A DNA stretch of 42,565 nt, from the IMG/VR virus record IMGVR_UViG_3300042286_000173, one strand, 5' to 3'. Made by a program: the position numbers and the translations under genes. Positions within the stretch are counted from its first letter, which is position 1; each line of letters starts with the position of its first letter. The notes beneath the pieces were generated by a model. The model had not been told where the DNA came from. It made no database searches and saw nothing but the letters and a program-made list of their open reading frames with translations. Shown here in pieces: positions 8,828 to 18,611 of the stretch. The DNA comes from a virus.

Positions 8828-10798
8828 ATGCCTAACGTACCTGTTTACCAGAAACAGACACAGATCAACACGAGGCTTAATGCGCCGCAGCAGAGCATAA
8901 ACGCGCCAATCGAAGCCTTCGGGGGTGGTAAAGGCGCACTGGCTGCAGGGGACGCGCTCGGTAAAGCGGGCACCGCGCTCTCCGGCGTGGTGGCGGGGGA
9001 AAAGAATCTTGCCGAGAAAAAAGGCAAAGCGTGGGCGGACGCCACGGCCGCGAAGCTGCAAAGCTGGTTCAACGATCCCGAGAACGGGTATTATAAGCAG
9101 ACGCTGCAACGTGTCGGCGAAGGAGCCAACGGGCTTACAAAAGAAGCGCGCGAGGCGTACGACACCAAGGTGGCCGAGCTCATGGGCGACGCGCCTAACC
9201 AGTACGCGAGGGAGCAGTTCTCCGCGAAGGCGCTGGCGCTGCATTCCCGCGATATAAGCGCGGTTGCCAAGCATGAGGCCAACGAGCTTAACAAGTGGGC
9301 GGTCACGTCTAAGAAAAGTCTCGTAGAAGGCAATCTGCGCACAATCATAACGCAGGCGTCTTCCTTCGCGAAGATTGACGAGGTGGACGAGCAGTTCAGC
9401 GCGCTGGTGGATAGCGGAGACCTTGAGGAGCTGGCGGCCATGACAGGTGCTCCGGTGTCTGAGCTGCGCACCGCGGTAAAAGCCAAGATGTATGAAAGCG
9501 TGATCAATCAGGCGCTGGCGAACAACACTCCGGAACGTGCGCGGGCCATGCTTGAGAAGTGGGGCGATAAGCTCGACCCCGACGCGGCAGCCAAGGCCAC
9601 GAAAACTATCAGGGGTGCCGAAGATGAAGCGGCGGCGGCGGATGCTACCCTCGCAGCCGCGCGCGGTGATATCGGCGGCGCCCGCGCGGCTGCAAGGGGT
9701 GTGCAGGACAAGAGCACCCGCGCGAAGCTTGAGGCCAAGATTGTGAAGCTCGAAACAGACCTGTGGGCCGATGAGTCCGCGGGTCTGCTTATCGCCGAGG
9801 TGGCCGCCGGTAACAAGAGCGAGGCCGAGATAAAAGAATTTATCTCAAACATGAAAAACCCCGTGCGCAAATCGGCGCTTGATTCCGCGTTCCGCGCAAG
9901 GATTACACAGCACAAGATTATCGAGCGGGAGAACAAGCTCGACGCCGTGGATAATCTGTTCACGCAGATATCCGGCGTAGCCACCGACCCCGTGGCCGCA
10001 CAGAAGATGCTTAGAGACATGGAAGCCTCGCAGGATACGGAGCAGGGCCGATACCTGTACACTAAGGCGAAAGCGCCGCTCGAGAACATAATCAGGTCCG
10101 CAGGGGTTAACCCCCGCGACGACGTGACAACCCACGTGGACCTGCAGGATAAGATAGACCGCGGGGAGATTACCGACCCCCGCGAGCTGCGCGAGGCGGC
10201 GCTCGGTAAACTCATACCGCAGACGGTAGACAAGATGGTCAAGGACATGCAGGCCAAGCAGGTCGTGCGCGCCGCCGATCTTAAATCGGCTTTCCTGTCT
10301 CTGGTCGAGGCTAACGATGTTTCGCAGCTTTCAGACAGTGAGAAAAAGAAATGGCTTGCTTTCCGCGAGGCGGCCACGGAACGCGCCAAGGAAACGAACA
10401 AGGGGCAGGATGAAAATTGGCTCCGTCGCCTTGCCGCGTCCATGCTGGTGGAAGGGGAGACCGATCCCGACGCGGTGTTCTTCACGGGCGACAAAGACTT
10501 CCAGAAGATTTACAGCCGGATTACCGGCGCGAGGCAGGGGTCTTCCGCGTGGAAAGACGCGGCGGATGAGTGGAACAATTTTCTCCCGACGTGGGACACG
10601 ACGCCGACGGACATGCAGAACCAGATAGAAAGCCACTGGGCGCAGTCTGCGGACCTGCGGCAAAAGCTCCTGACCCTTATTGACGCCAAAGGGTATAAAG
10701 GCTCAGATGTGGAGCGTGCAGAGTATGCCAAGCGGCTACTGTACAAGCAGGTTATGGCAAAGCAGTTCGGGTTGCCCGCGGCATTCATAACGCAGTAG
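8828..10798 (+). CDS. Internal virion (ejection) protein, gp15 slot
   Basis: 656 aa, largely helical and A/K/E-rich. It lies between the gp14-slot and giant gp16-slot genes. Confidence 0.6.
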   Translation: MPNVPVYQKQTQINTRLNAPQQSINAPIEAFGGGKGALAAGDALGKAGTALSGVVAGEKNLAEKKGKAWADATAAKLQSWFNDPENGYYKQTLQRVGEGANGLTKEAREAYDTKVAELMGDAPNQYAREQFSAKALALHSRDISAVAKHEANELNKWAVTSKKSLVEGNLRTIITQASSFAKIDEVDEQFSALVDSGDLEELAAMTGAPVSELRTAVKAKMYESVINQALANNTPERARAMLEKWGDKLDPDAAAKATKTIRGAEDEAAAADATLAAARGDIGGARAAARGVQDKSTRAKLEAKIVKLETDLWADESAGLLIAEVAAGNKSEAEIKEFISNMKNPVRKSALDSAFRARITQHKIIERENKLDAVDNLFTQISGVATDPVAAQKMLRDMEASQDTEQGRYLYTKAKAPLENIIRSAGVNPRDDVTTHVDLQDKIDRGEITDPRELREAALGKLIPQTVDKMVKDMQAKQVVRAADLKSAFLSLVEANDVSQLSDSEKKKWLAFREAATERAKETNKGQDENWLRRLAASMLVEGETDPDAVFFTGDKDFQKIYSRITGARQGSSAWKDAADEWNNFLPTWDTTPTDMQNQIESHWAQSADLRQKLLTLIDAKGYKGSDVERAEYAKRLLYKQVMAKQFGLPAAFITQ

Positions 10799-10805
10799 GT
10801 ACAAT

Positions 10806-13800
10806 ATGAGCATTCTTGACCAAGTTACTGATAATATTCTCGAGGCCGATTCTATCGGCCTTTTGCCTGAAACAGCCACCGCGGACGATCTGTCCTCGGC
10901 AGTTTCGTATAGACCGGATGACGCGTCACCCCTCAAGAGAGTAAGCCTCGACACACCCAAAGTGCCGCCGCAGCAGGCGGTGCAGGACGCGCAGATAGCC
11001 AAGGCGAAGGGAGTAACCCCCGAGCTTGTGGCGCAGCAGCGCGAGCGTTTCACCGTCGAGAACGAGCTGGACGAGATAGTTAACGCCACGGTGGACGCAC
11101 CGGCAACGCGCCGGTACCTCACCAACCCGAACAACCTGCAGGTCAGCCGGAACGATGCCGGAAGGCTCGCAGCACTTGAGCGGGCCGCGGCCAAGATGAA
11201 CGGGGTGTACGGCGACGAAGAGGAAGACACCTCGCTCCTCGGGTACTTCTGGCAGTACGCTAAAGGGGTGGTCTCCGATATCGCGTCCGGCAACGTGGCC
11301 GAAACCGAACGGTGGAACCCCGACGATTCCGATTCCCGCCGCAGGTTCGAGATGTCGCTCAACGGCGTTGACCGTGCGGACCTGTTCCGTGTCCGTTCGG
11401 AGCTTATGCGCTCCGGAATGAGTGAATCCGAAGCATCAGCGGAAGCCATGCGCCGCAACCTCGCAGACCGCGGGGAGTATTGGCAGGGTGTCGCGGACGA
11501 TCCGGATTTTGCCGTGGACGAAGCGTACCGCAATCCGCAGACCTTCGCCGAGAAAGTTTTCGCGGCGGCCGGTGGCACCGCGCCGGGCATGGCCGCCACG
11601 GTCATAAACCCTGTCGTCGGTACGCTCGCCTTTACACAGCAGATATATGGCAGCGAGTACCGGAGCCTTGTTGCGTCGGGGGCTGACCCGAAAGCGGCCT
11701 CGGACGCCGCGTTCATTTCTTCGCTGGCACAGATGCCGCTCGAGTTTGCGGGCAACATGATACAGCTCAACGCCGCAGCTAAAATGCTCAAAGCAGGCCC
11801 GACCCGCGATTTTCTTGTGAACCTCTTGCAAGGTGGCTTGTCCGAGGGTCTCGAGGAGTATCTGCAGCAGGCGCCCGGCTTGTACGGGGAGATCCGCGCA
11901 CATAACCCCGACTGGACGCAGGAGCAGATATTCGCCGAGTTTTTCCGGAAGCTTCCCGAGCACATGGCTTCCGCTGAATCCGGCGAGGCATTTCTCATCG
12001 GCGGCACGCTGGGCATGGTTCTTCCGGGCGCGGCAGGGGCTATCCGCCTGCCGTCGGCTATCCGCGAGCAGAAACGTATCGAGGCAAATTCCGCGCGCGA
12101 ACAGGAATTGCTTTCCGCGCTTGACGAAACCGCGCAGGCCACGGAGACCGGGCAGCTTTCGCCGGAACACCTGCAGGCCGCAGTGCAGGCGATACGTGAC
12201 CAAGTGGGTGAAAACGTTTCGACGGTGTACGTGGACGCCGAGGCGTTTATCGGGAACCTCGGGGAAGAGGCCGGTGCGGTGGCTGAGCGCGTCGGCATAT
12301 CCGACCAGCTCGACGCGGCCTATTCGTCCGGCGGGCTTCTCGAAATTCCCATCGCTAAATACGCGGCGTACATTGCCGCGGTGCCGGAGATCAATAACGC
12401 GCTTATTGAGCACCGCAAGTTTTCCCCCGGCTCCATGACCTTGTCGGAGCAGCAGGCGTATTTTGCCAGCCAGCAGGACGAAATGCAGCGTCTTATAGAC
12501 GTGGTGGCCGAGGAGCAGGCCGCGGCGGACGTTATCGAACAGGAAGCCGCGGACGTTGTAAAAGACCTTACCGAGAAGCTGAAAGCCACCGGCAGGATCA
12601 AAGGGAAGGAGCGCGATAACGCCGTTCTTTACGCGGCGAGGCTTGCCACCCTCGCGCGCAGATCCGGCGGCCAGTACGGCGTTAAAGACTTGTACGAGAC
12701 CTACGGCCCTATCCTCGGCGACTCGCTGGCAGACGTTACCGTCAAGAGTGAAGGGCGGATGATGGAGCAGGCCACCGTGGCCGTCGAGACCGCAGGCGCG
12801 GACGTGAACAACGCTGCTGAGGTCGAAGAGGCCGCGCGGCTGTGGCGGGAGCAGGGTACCGAGTCGCCGTATTTTAAGCGGTGGTTTGGCGACTCCAAGG
12901 TGGTTGACGAGCAGGGTAAGCCGCTTGTGGTGTATCACGGAACGACGGCGGACTTTGATGCTTTCGATCTCGGCTTCGCCGGGGCGGACGGCGTGCTGTA
13001 TAGCACGCCTGCGATCTTCGCCACGTCTGACCCTAATCTCGCCAGCGACTACGCAGTCAACAAGTTTGACCGCGTAATCGCGGATGCGATGCGGGACGTG
13101 CAGAAATTCAAGAATGAGAACCCGGGCACTTATGATGAGAGGTATGAAACTGCGTACGGCGCCCTAAAAAAAGCGTTCCGGGATGTTAAAGGAGCGGGGC
13201 GACCCGAAACCGGCGGCGGCGCGAATGTCATGCCGCTCTACATGGCACTAGAGAAACCACTAGTGTTGGATGCCGACGGGAAACGATTCATGGAGGTTAT
13301 GCCTGACGCGATCGCGCGGGCGGTTGCGGAAGGTAACGATGGGGTTATCGTTAACCGTGTGCGCGATCACGCTTCCCCCGCGTCGGACTACCCGGCGCAG
13401 GTGCTTATCGCCTTCCGCCCCGAACAGATTAAAAGCGCCACGGGCAACCGTGGCACGTTCGACCCGTCGGACGCGCGCATAATGTATCAGTCCGCTTTTC
13501 ACGGAACCCCGCATAAATTCGACAAGTTTACTCTGGACGCTATCGGCTCCGGCGAGGGCGCGCAGGCTTACGGGTGGGGGTTGTACTTTGCGGGACGGAA
13601 AGATGTTGCGGAATGGTATCGAAAAAGCCTGACCGCCCAGCAGGACCTGATAATCGAAACAGAACAAGGGCGTTTTATTGATACAGACGAAGGGTGGCGG
13701 GAAGAAAGCAGTGACTACGATTTTGAAGACCCGGACTCCCCCTATGGGATGATGCTTAGGCATTTTGCGGAATCCGAAGATGTGGACGTGGCGAGAGAAG

Positions 13801-16800
13801 CCCTTAGGGAGGCGATTAGCGACGCGGAAGAATTTGGTGAAGACTTTAACGGGCAAGCCGAAGCCCTGCGCGAAGCTGTGCTATTGCTCGATACTGCACG
13901 GCCTCGTGTTGGGGCCGCGGGCCAGTTATATGAGGTCGAAATACCAGACGATAGCGAACTATTGATGTGGGACAAACCGCTGTCAGAGCAGCCTGAGAAA
14001 GTGAGGGCGGCGATCGAAAAAGCAGATGTGGTGGGGGACGACGCAACAGGGGCAAACGTATACCACGTGCTTAAAAACAACCTGAAATGGCAAGGCCACA
14101 AAAACCGCGCTGAGCAAGCAGCCTCCGAGTACCTGAACAGCCTCGGCATCAAGGGCATCAAGTATCTTGACGGTACAAGCCGCGCGGCGGGTGAAGGCTC
14201 GTACAACTACGTCATATTCGATGACAACGCGATTGAAATTCTGAACACGTTCTATCAAGCTAAAGAAGCCCGCCCGAATCTGCAGAACATGCAGGACTAC
14301 GCAAGGGGCGCCACGTTCTTTGCCAACTCCGTTGTGAGGGGGAAGACCGGTCAGCCCTTGGTGGCTCTGTTCAAGCACTCGGATGAATCCACGTTTATGC
14401 ACGAAGCCGGGCACGTCTTTATTGAAATGACACGCCACCTCGCCACGCAGCCCGGAGCGCACCCCGAGATTGTGCGGGAGTGGCAGGACATAAAAGCGGC
14501 ACTTGGCATACCCAACGACGGAAAGATCAAATCCAAGCACCACGAGGCTTTCGCCGAGGCGCTGGAAAAATATCTTGCGCAGGGTAAGGCTCCTTCCATG
14601 AAACTGCGCCACGTGTTCGAGCGGTTTTTCGCTTGGATGCGGTCTGTGTACCGTTCGTGGGTGGCCGAAGGCGTCACCCCCGATGAAAGGCTTGTGCCGA
14701 TCTTCGACCGCATGTTCGCAACGGATGCGGAAATCGCCGAGGTTGAAGAATACTACGCCGCGCAGAAACCGTTTTTCACTGCGGCCGAGATGCAGGACAA
14801 GGACGAGCAGGACCGGTACCTCAAGAGGATAAAAGCCGCGCAGGAGTCTGCGAGGGAAAAACAGTTCCGCAGGTACTGGAACGCGTACAAGAAAGCGCTG
14901 GGCGGCAAGAAGCGTTTCGAGGAGGAAGCGAAGACGGAAGTCGACGCCATGCCCGTTTACGCCGCGGCGGATGAGGCGGTCAGCAAAGGCGGGTTCTCCG
15001 GGGAAGACCTTGACTATATGGTTGGCAACGACCTGCGGTCGGAGCTTGCGAAAAAGCGCCCCGGCCTCGTAACCAAAAAAGGCGGCGCGGCTCCCGAGTC
15101 CGTCGCGCTCAAGTACGGGTATGATTCTGTTCAGGACATGGTGGCCGACATTCTCAACGCCGAAAGTAAAACCGAAGCGGTGGCCAACCGTGTGAAGCAC
15201 GCGCTTATCGCCGAGGAGCAAAGACTCCGCAAGGGCTTGCAGGAGCGCGGAGAGCTTAATGGCGACGAAGCGTTTCACGGTGCCGAGCAGCTCGCTGTGC
15301 TGGCTGCGGAATTTGAAATGGCGCAGGCACGGGCGCGGGGCAGAAAGGCCGTTGAAAAGGCCGCGAAGGACTTTACGCCGCCTGAGGCGGTGCAGGCTGA
15401 TGCACGCGCCAAGGCGCAGGAAGCGGCCGACCGGTTCCATGCTGCTTGGAAAACGAAAGACGCTAAAGAGCTGCGCGCTTTTGTACGTGCCACGCTCGAC
15501 TCCATGCAGTCGTACCAGACTCTTGCCGCGCTCAAAGAGGCGCCGCTCGACCGGGACCACCTTGTAAAGTATTACGGCAAGGACACCGTGGCGGATTTGG
15601 ACGCTAAACACCCCGGCATAGTCAAAAAGGATTCCGGACGCGCTGCCGATGACGCAGCCACCGAGCTGGGGTACGCGGATACGGACGCGCTTATATCGAT
15701 GCTGCAGGACACCGAACCCCGCAAGGCCGCGTATGAGTCCATGCTCGCGGAGTATGAGGCCGAGTTCAGGTCTGATACGTTCGACGAGGAGGCTAAAGTT
15801 TTCGCAGACACGTATCAGCGTTTCGTGGATTCAGACCCGAGAACAGCCCTCGCCCGCGCGGAGTATAACGACAGGGTCATGCTGGCCGCAGGCAAGCCTT
15901 CCCGCGTCGAGGTTGCCGCAGTCCGTGCCGTGGCTCGCAAGATGCTGGCAGGCCGGAAAGTCAAGGACGCCATGAACCCGGCCAAGTTCCAGACGCAGGA
16001 GCGCAAAGCGGCCAATGCCGCGCTGGCGGCCAAGGCCAAAGGTGATATGGACGCCGCGCTCGAGTGGAAGCGGCGCCAGCTTCTCAACCACGCGCTTGTT
16101 ATCGAGTCCATGAAAATACGCGAAGAACGCGCGGCCACGGTGGCACGCCTCAAGCGCGCGCTTAAAAGGGATATCGCGGACACATACAACGCGCAGGTTG
16201 TCAGTCTGCTTTCCAAGTTCAGGCTTACCGGCCGCGAAGCGAAGGAAGGAACACCGACACTCGAGGCGTTCCTCGAGTCCATCCAGAACAGCGCCACGGA
16301 CTCCCCGTTCATGGGCGCAGTGCCGGACCTTCCCCGCTGGCTTTTCGATGACTCGAAGGTGCCTGCAGGCGGCGCAACCTTGGCGGACGTTCTCACCGTG
16401 GATGAGCTGCGGGAGTTTGACGCCGCGGTTAAATGGCTCGTCGAAACAGGGTACGACATAAAGCAGGGCAGACTCGCGGCGTACAACGAGCACATAAAGG
16501 ACTTGGTGGCAAAGCTCACTGAGCCTATGCGCGAGCTGAAAGACAAGCGGGTCATATCCAAACGGTTTGAAACGTGGCGCAGACTCTCGGACGCTACGCG
16601 GGAATACTTTGCCGACCACAATATGTTGATCTTTGTTCTGGACGCGCTGGACGGGTACACAAACATAGGCAAGAAAGGCTCGTTCGGCCCGAACCGGCGC
16701 ACGATAGGCAATGCTCTCGCGGACCGCCAGTCTGAAAGAGACAAGCGCATGGGTGAAGCCTCGGAGAAATTAAAGCCCATTATGGCGCAGTTCGCGGAGT

Positions 16801-18596
16801 CCATGCGCAAACACCCTAAAATACTGCGCACTACGGTGCCGGTGCCTGAGGTCATGCGCGAGGACGGGGATTTCTGGAATTTCCCGAAAGTGCTTGCCGT
16901 GGCATTCAACATGGGCAACGCCACAAACATGCGGCGTGTCATGGAAGGCTACGAGCTCAGCGAGGCGCAGCTAAGAGAGCTCACTTCCGTACTATCCGCG
17001 GAAGACTGGAACGCCGTGCAGCAGGTGTGGGACACGCTTAATACGTACTGGACGGATATGAACGAAGTCCACAAGCGCACCTACCATTTTGAGATGAACA
17101 AGGTTAAGGCTGACCCGATAACGGTTCGGGCTTCCGACGGCTCACAGGTGCGGCTGCGGGGCGGGTACTACCCTATAAAGTTCAACCCCCGCTACGCGCG
17201 GCAGGTGGGCGCATGGTCTGAAAAAGACGATCTGATGCAGGACAGCGTATTCGGCCACCCGGCCACCAAGTCCGGAATGACCAAAGACCGTAAGGGCGCG
17301 GGTGTGAGGTTGCCGGTGCTCCTCGACATATCGGTGCTGTACGGACACATCGAGGATTCCATCCATTTCATAACCCATGCTGACCTTATCCGTGACCTCG
17401 ACCGCATCACGCAGAACACGGAGTTCCAGAACACAGTACGGCAGAAGATGGGGCGCGAGGTGGCCGACATGTTCCGCCCGATGCTGCGCCACATTGCGCG
17501 GCCTGAAAGACAGATGAACGTTGTTATTGAACGCGGATTTGACCGGATGCGCGCCATGTCCACCGCGTATATTCTCGGGCTTAACACGAGCGTTGCGCTT
17601 AAGCAGGTGTTTTCGCTTCCGGGTATCTGGCATGATATCGGAATGACCAACTACGCGAAGGGTCTTATCCATGTCATGCGCCACCCTGTGCAGGCGTACC
17701 ACGCCATGCGCGAGGCCAGCACCTACATGGCGACGCGCTCCGACTCGTTCGACCGCGATCTGAAAGACTCGCTCGGGCGGATGAGTGGCGGGCGGATGAG
17801 CCGCGGATATCTGGACGTAGCCCGCGATTGGGCGTTCGCTCTTATCCGGCTCATGGACTTTGTGGCCGTGTATCCTTCATGGCACGGTGCGTACAAGCTG
17901 GGGCTTGAAAAGGAAGGCGGCCACGAGGGTGCGGTGCGTTTCGCGGATGAAATGATCCGGCAGTCTCAGCCTTCTTCGAAGCCTATGGATATGTCCAAGA
18001 TCCAGTACAAGCGCGGCGGCCTGTTCAAAGCCATGTCCATGTTCATGACGTTTACCGCCAAGTATGGGAACCGGCAGCGCCACTTCGCCCGCGCTTACTT
18101 CAAGGATAAAAAGATAACCGCCCGTGAATACGCTTGGCACCTTATGCTCGAGGCCGTGGCGCCGCCTGTGCTTATGAACCTCATGTTCGCCGCCATATGG
18201 GGTGATGAGCCGGACGAAAAAGACATGCTTATCGATGTTATCTCGTACCAGTTCTCGGGGTATGTACTGCTCCGCGATATCGCCGGGGTCGCATCCGCTG
18301 CGGTTAAACAGTCCGCGCTTGATAAGGACGTCTTTAAGCCGAACCTCGACCGCGTTCCCGCGCTCACCGGGCTTACTCTGGCGGAGCGCGCCGTTACAAA
18401 TACGGTGAAGTGGGTGGCAGATATGGATGATGAAGACGCAAGGAATAAAGCATTCTTGGACGTGGCGGAGCTGCTTTCGTTCTTCGCCGGTGTTCCGGCG
18501 CCGAAGCTGGCGCGCAAACTCGCCAAAGGATACGAACAATTTGAAGACGACGGCAACCCGCTTTTGCTGGTTGTCCCTGACTATAGCCGAGACTAG
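10806..18596 (+). CDS. Giant internal virion protein (2,596 aa) with embedded ART-like and zincin modules (polyvalent-protein architecture)
   Basis: Single uninterrupted ORF in the gp16 slot. Motifs YHGT (H711), FHGTPH (H899), HEAGH (aa 1199-1203) and a C-terminal hydrophobic segment LMLEAVAPPVLMNLMFAAIWG. Antisense ORFs across it have shadow-type R/G/P/S composition. Confidence 0.85.
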   Translation: MSILDQVTDNILEADSIGLLPETATADDLSSAVSYRPDDASPLKRVSLDTPKVPPQQAVQDAQIAKAKGVTPELVAQQRERFTVENELDEIVNATVDAPATRRYLTNPNNLQVSRNDAGRLAALERAAAKMNGVYGDEEEDTSLLGYFWQYAKGVVSDIASGNVAETERWNPDDSDSRRRFEMSLNGVDRADLFRVRSELMRSGMSESEASAEAMRRNLADRGEYWQGVADDPDFAVDEAYRNPQTFAEKVFAAAGGTAPGMAATVINPVVGTLAFTQQIYGSEYRSLVASGADPKAASDAAFISSLAQMPLEFAGNMIQLNAAAKMLKAGPTRDFLVNLLQGGLSEGLEEYLQQAPGLYGEIRAHNPDWTQEQIFAEFFRKLPEHMASAESGEAFLIGGTLGMVLPGAAGAIRLPSAIREQKRIEANSAREQELLSALDETAQATETGQLSPEHLQAAVQAIRDQVGENVSTVYVDAEAFIGNLGEEAGAVAERVGISDQLDAAYSSGGLLEIPIAKYAAYIAAVPEINNALIEHRKFSPGSMTLSEQQAYFASQQDEMQRLIDVVAEEQAAADVIEQEAADVVKDLTEKLKATGRIKGKERDNAVLYAARLATLARRSGGQYGVKDLYETYGPILGDSLADVTVKSEGRMMEQATVAVETAGADVNNAAEVEEAARLWREQGTESPYFKRWFGDSKVVDEQGKPLVVYHGTTADFDAFDLGFAGADGVLYSTPAIFATSDPNLASDYAVNKFDRVIADAMRDVQKFKNENPGTYDERYETAYGALKKAFRDVKGAGRPETGGGANVMPLYMALEKPLVLDADGKRFMEVMPDAIARAVAEGNDGVIVNRVRDHASPASDYPAQVLIAFRPEQIKSATGNRGTFDPSDARIMYQSAFHGTPHKFDKFTLDAIGSGEGAQAYGWGLYFAGRKDVAEWYRKSLTAQQDLIIETEQGRFIDTDEGWREESSDYDFEDPDSPYGMMLRHFAESEDVDVAREALREAISDAEEFGEDFNGQAEALREAVLLLDTARPRVGAAGQLYEVEIPDDSELLMWDKPLSEQPEKVRAAIEKADVVGDDATGANVYHVLKNNLKWQGHKNRAEQAASEYLNSLGIKGIKYLDGTSRAAGEGSYNYVIFDDNAIEILNTFYQAKEARPNLQNMQDYARGATFFANSVVRGKTGQPLVALFKHSDESTFMHEAGHVFIEMTRHLATQPGAHPEIVREWQDIKAALGIPNDGKIKSKHHEAFAEALEKYLAQGKAPSMKLRHVFERFFAWMRSVYRSWVAEGVTPDERLVPIFDRMFATDAEIAEVEEYYAAQKPFFTAAEMQDKDEQDRYLKRIKAAQESAREKQFRRYWNAYKKALGGKKRFEEEAKTEVDAMPVYAAADEAVSKGGFSGEDLDYMVGNDLRSELAKKRPGLVTKKGGAAPESVALKYGYDSVQDMVADILNAESKTEAVANRVKHALIAEEQRLRKGLQERGELNGDEAFHGAEQLAVLAAEFEMAQARARGRKAVEKAAKDFTPPEAVQADARAKAQEAADRFHAAWKTKDAKELRAFVRATLDSMQSYQTLAALKEAPLDRDHLVKYYGKDTVADLDAKHPGIVKKDSGRAADDAATELGYADTDALISMLQDTEPRKAAYESMLAEYEAEFRSDTFDEEAKVFADTYQRFVDSDPRTALARAEYNDRVMLAAGKPSRVEVAAVRAVARKMLAGRKVKDAMNPAKFQTQERKAANAALAAKAKGDMDAALEWKRRQLLNHALVIESMKIREERAATVARLKRALKRDIADTYNAQVVSLLSKFRLTGREAKEGTPTLEAFLESIQNSATDSPFMGAVPDLPRWLFDDSKVPAGGATLADVLTVDELREFDAAVKWLVETGYDIKQGRLAAYNEHIKDLVAKLTEPMRELKDKRVISKRFETWRRLSDATREYFADHNMLIFVLDALDGYTNIGKKGSFGPNRRTIGNALADRQSERDKRMGEASEKLKPIMAQFAESMRKHPKILRTTVPVPEVMREDGDFWNFPKVLAVAFNMGNATNMRRVMEGYELSEAQLRELTSVLSAEDWNAVQQVWDTLNTYWTDMNEVHKRTYHFEMNKVKADPITVRASDGSQVRLRGGYYPIKFNPRYARQVGAWSEKDDLMQDSVFGHPATKSGMTKDRKGAGVRLPVLLDISVLYGHIEDSIHFITHADLIRDLDRITQNTEFQNTVRQKMGREVADMFRPMLRHIARPERQMNVVIERGFDRMRAMSTAYILGLNTSVALKQVFSLPGIWHDIGMTNYAKGLIHVMRHPVQAYHAMREASTYMATRSDSFDRDLKDSLGRMSGGRMSRGYLDVARDWAFALIRLMDFVAVYPSWHGAYKLGLEKEGGHEGAVRFADEMIRQSQPSSKPMDMSKIQYKRGGLFKAMSMFMTFTAKYGNRQRHFARAYFKDKKITAREYAWHLMLEAVAPPVLMNLMFAAIWGDEPDEKDMLIDVISYQFSGYVLLRDIAGVASAAVKQSALDKDVFKPNLDRVPALTGLTLAERAVTNTVKWVADMDDEDARNKAFLDVAELLSFFAGVPAPKLARKLAKGYEQFEDDGNPLLLVVPDYSRD
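12864..13463 (+). other. ART-like module 1 of the giant protein (aa 687-886)
   Basis: SPYFKRWFGDSKVVDEQGKPLVVYHGT...IFATSDPNLASDY...VMPLYMALEKPLVLD...EQIKSATGNRGTFD. This pattern recurs in phage polyvalent proteins (ART-PolyVal-type, by recollection). Confidence 0.5.
13482..14243 (+). other. HG[ST]-led module 2 of the giant protein (aa 893-1146)
   Basis: MYQSAFHGTPHKFDKFTLDAIGSGEGAQAYGWGLYFAG...QLYEVEIPDDSELLMWD...LGIKGIKYLDG...YNYVIFDDNAIEI. Confidence 0.5.
14298..14705 (+). other. HExxH zincin metallopeptidase-like module of the giant protein
   Basis: STFMHEAGHVFIEM, with HEAGH encoded at 14400-14414. Helical region downstream with a further HHEAFAEALE. Confidence 0.6.
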
Positions 18597-18611
18597 CCGC
18601 AGGAGGCATGC

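Noticed and set aside
10806-18596. An N4-like virion-encapsidated RNA polymerase hidden in the giant protein
   Set aside because: Reading the translation, I found no T/DxxGR, no RxxxKxxxxxxYG (motif B), and no paired catalytic Asp motifs typical of single-subunit RNAPs. The recognisable motifs are ART-like and HExxH instead. A profile search would be needed to exclude it fully.
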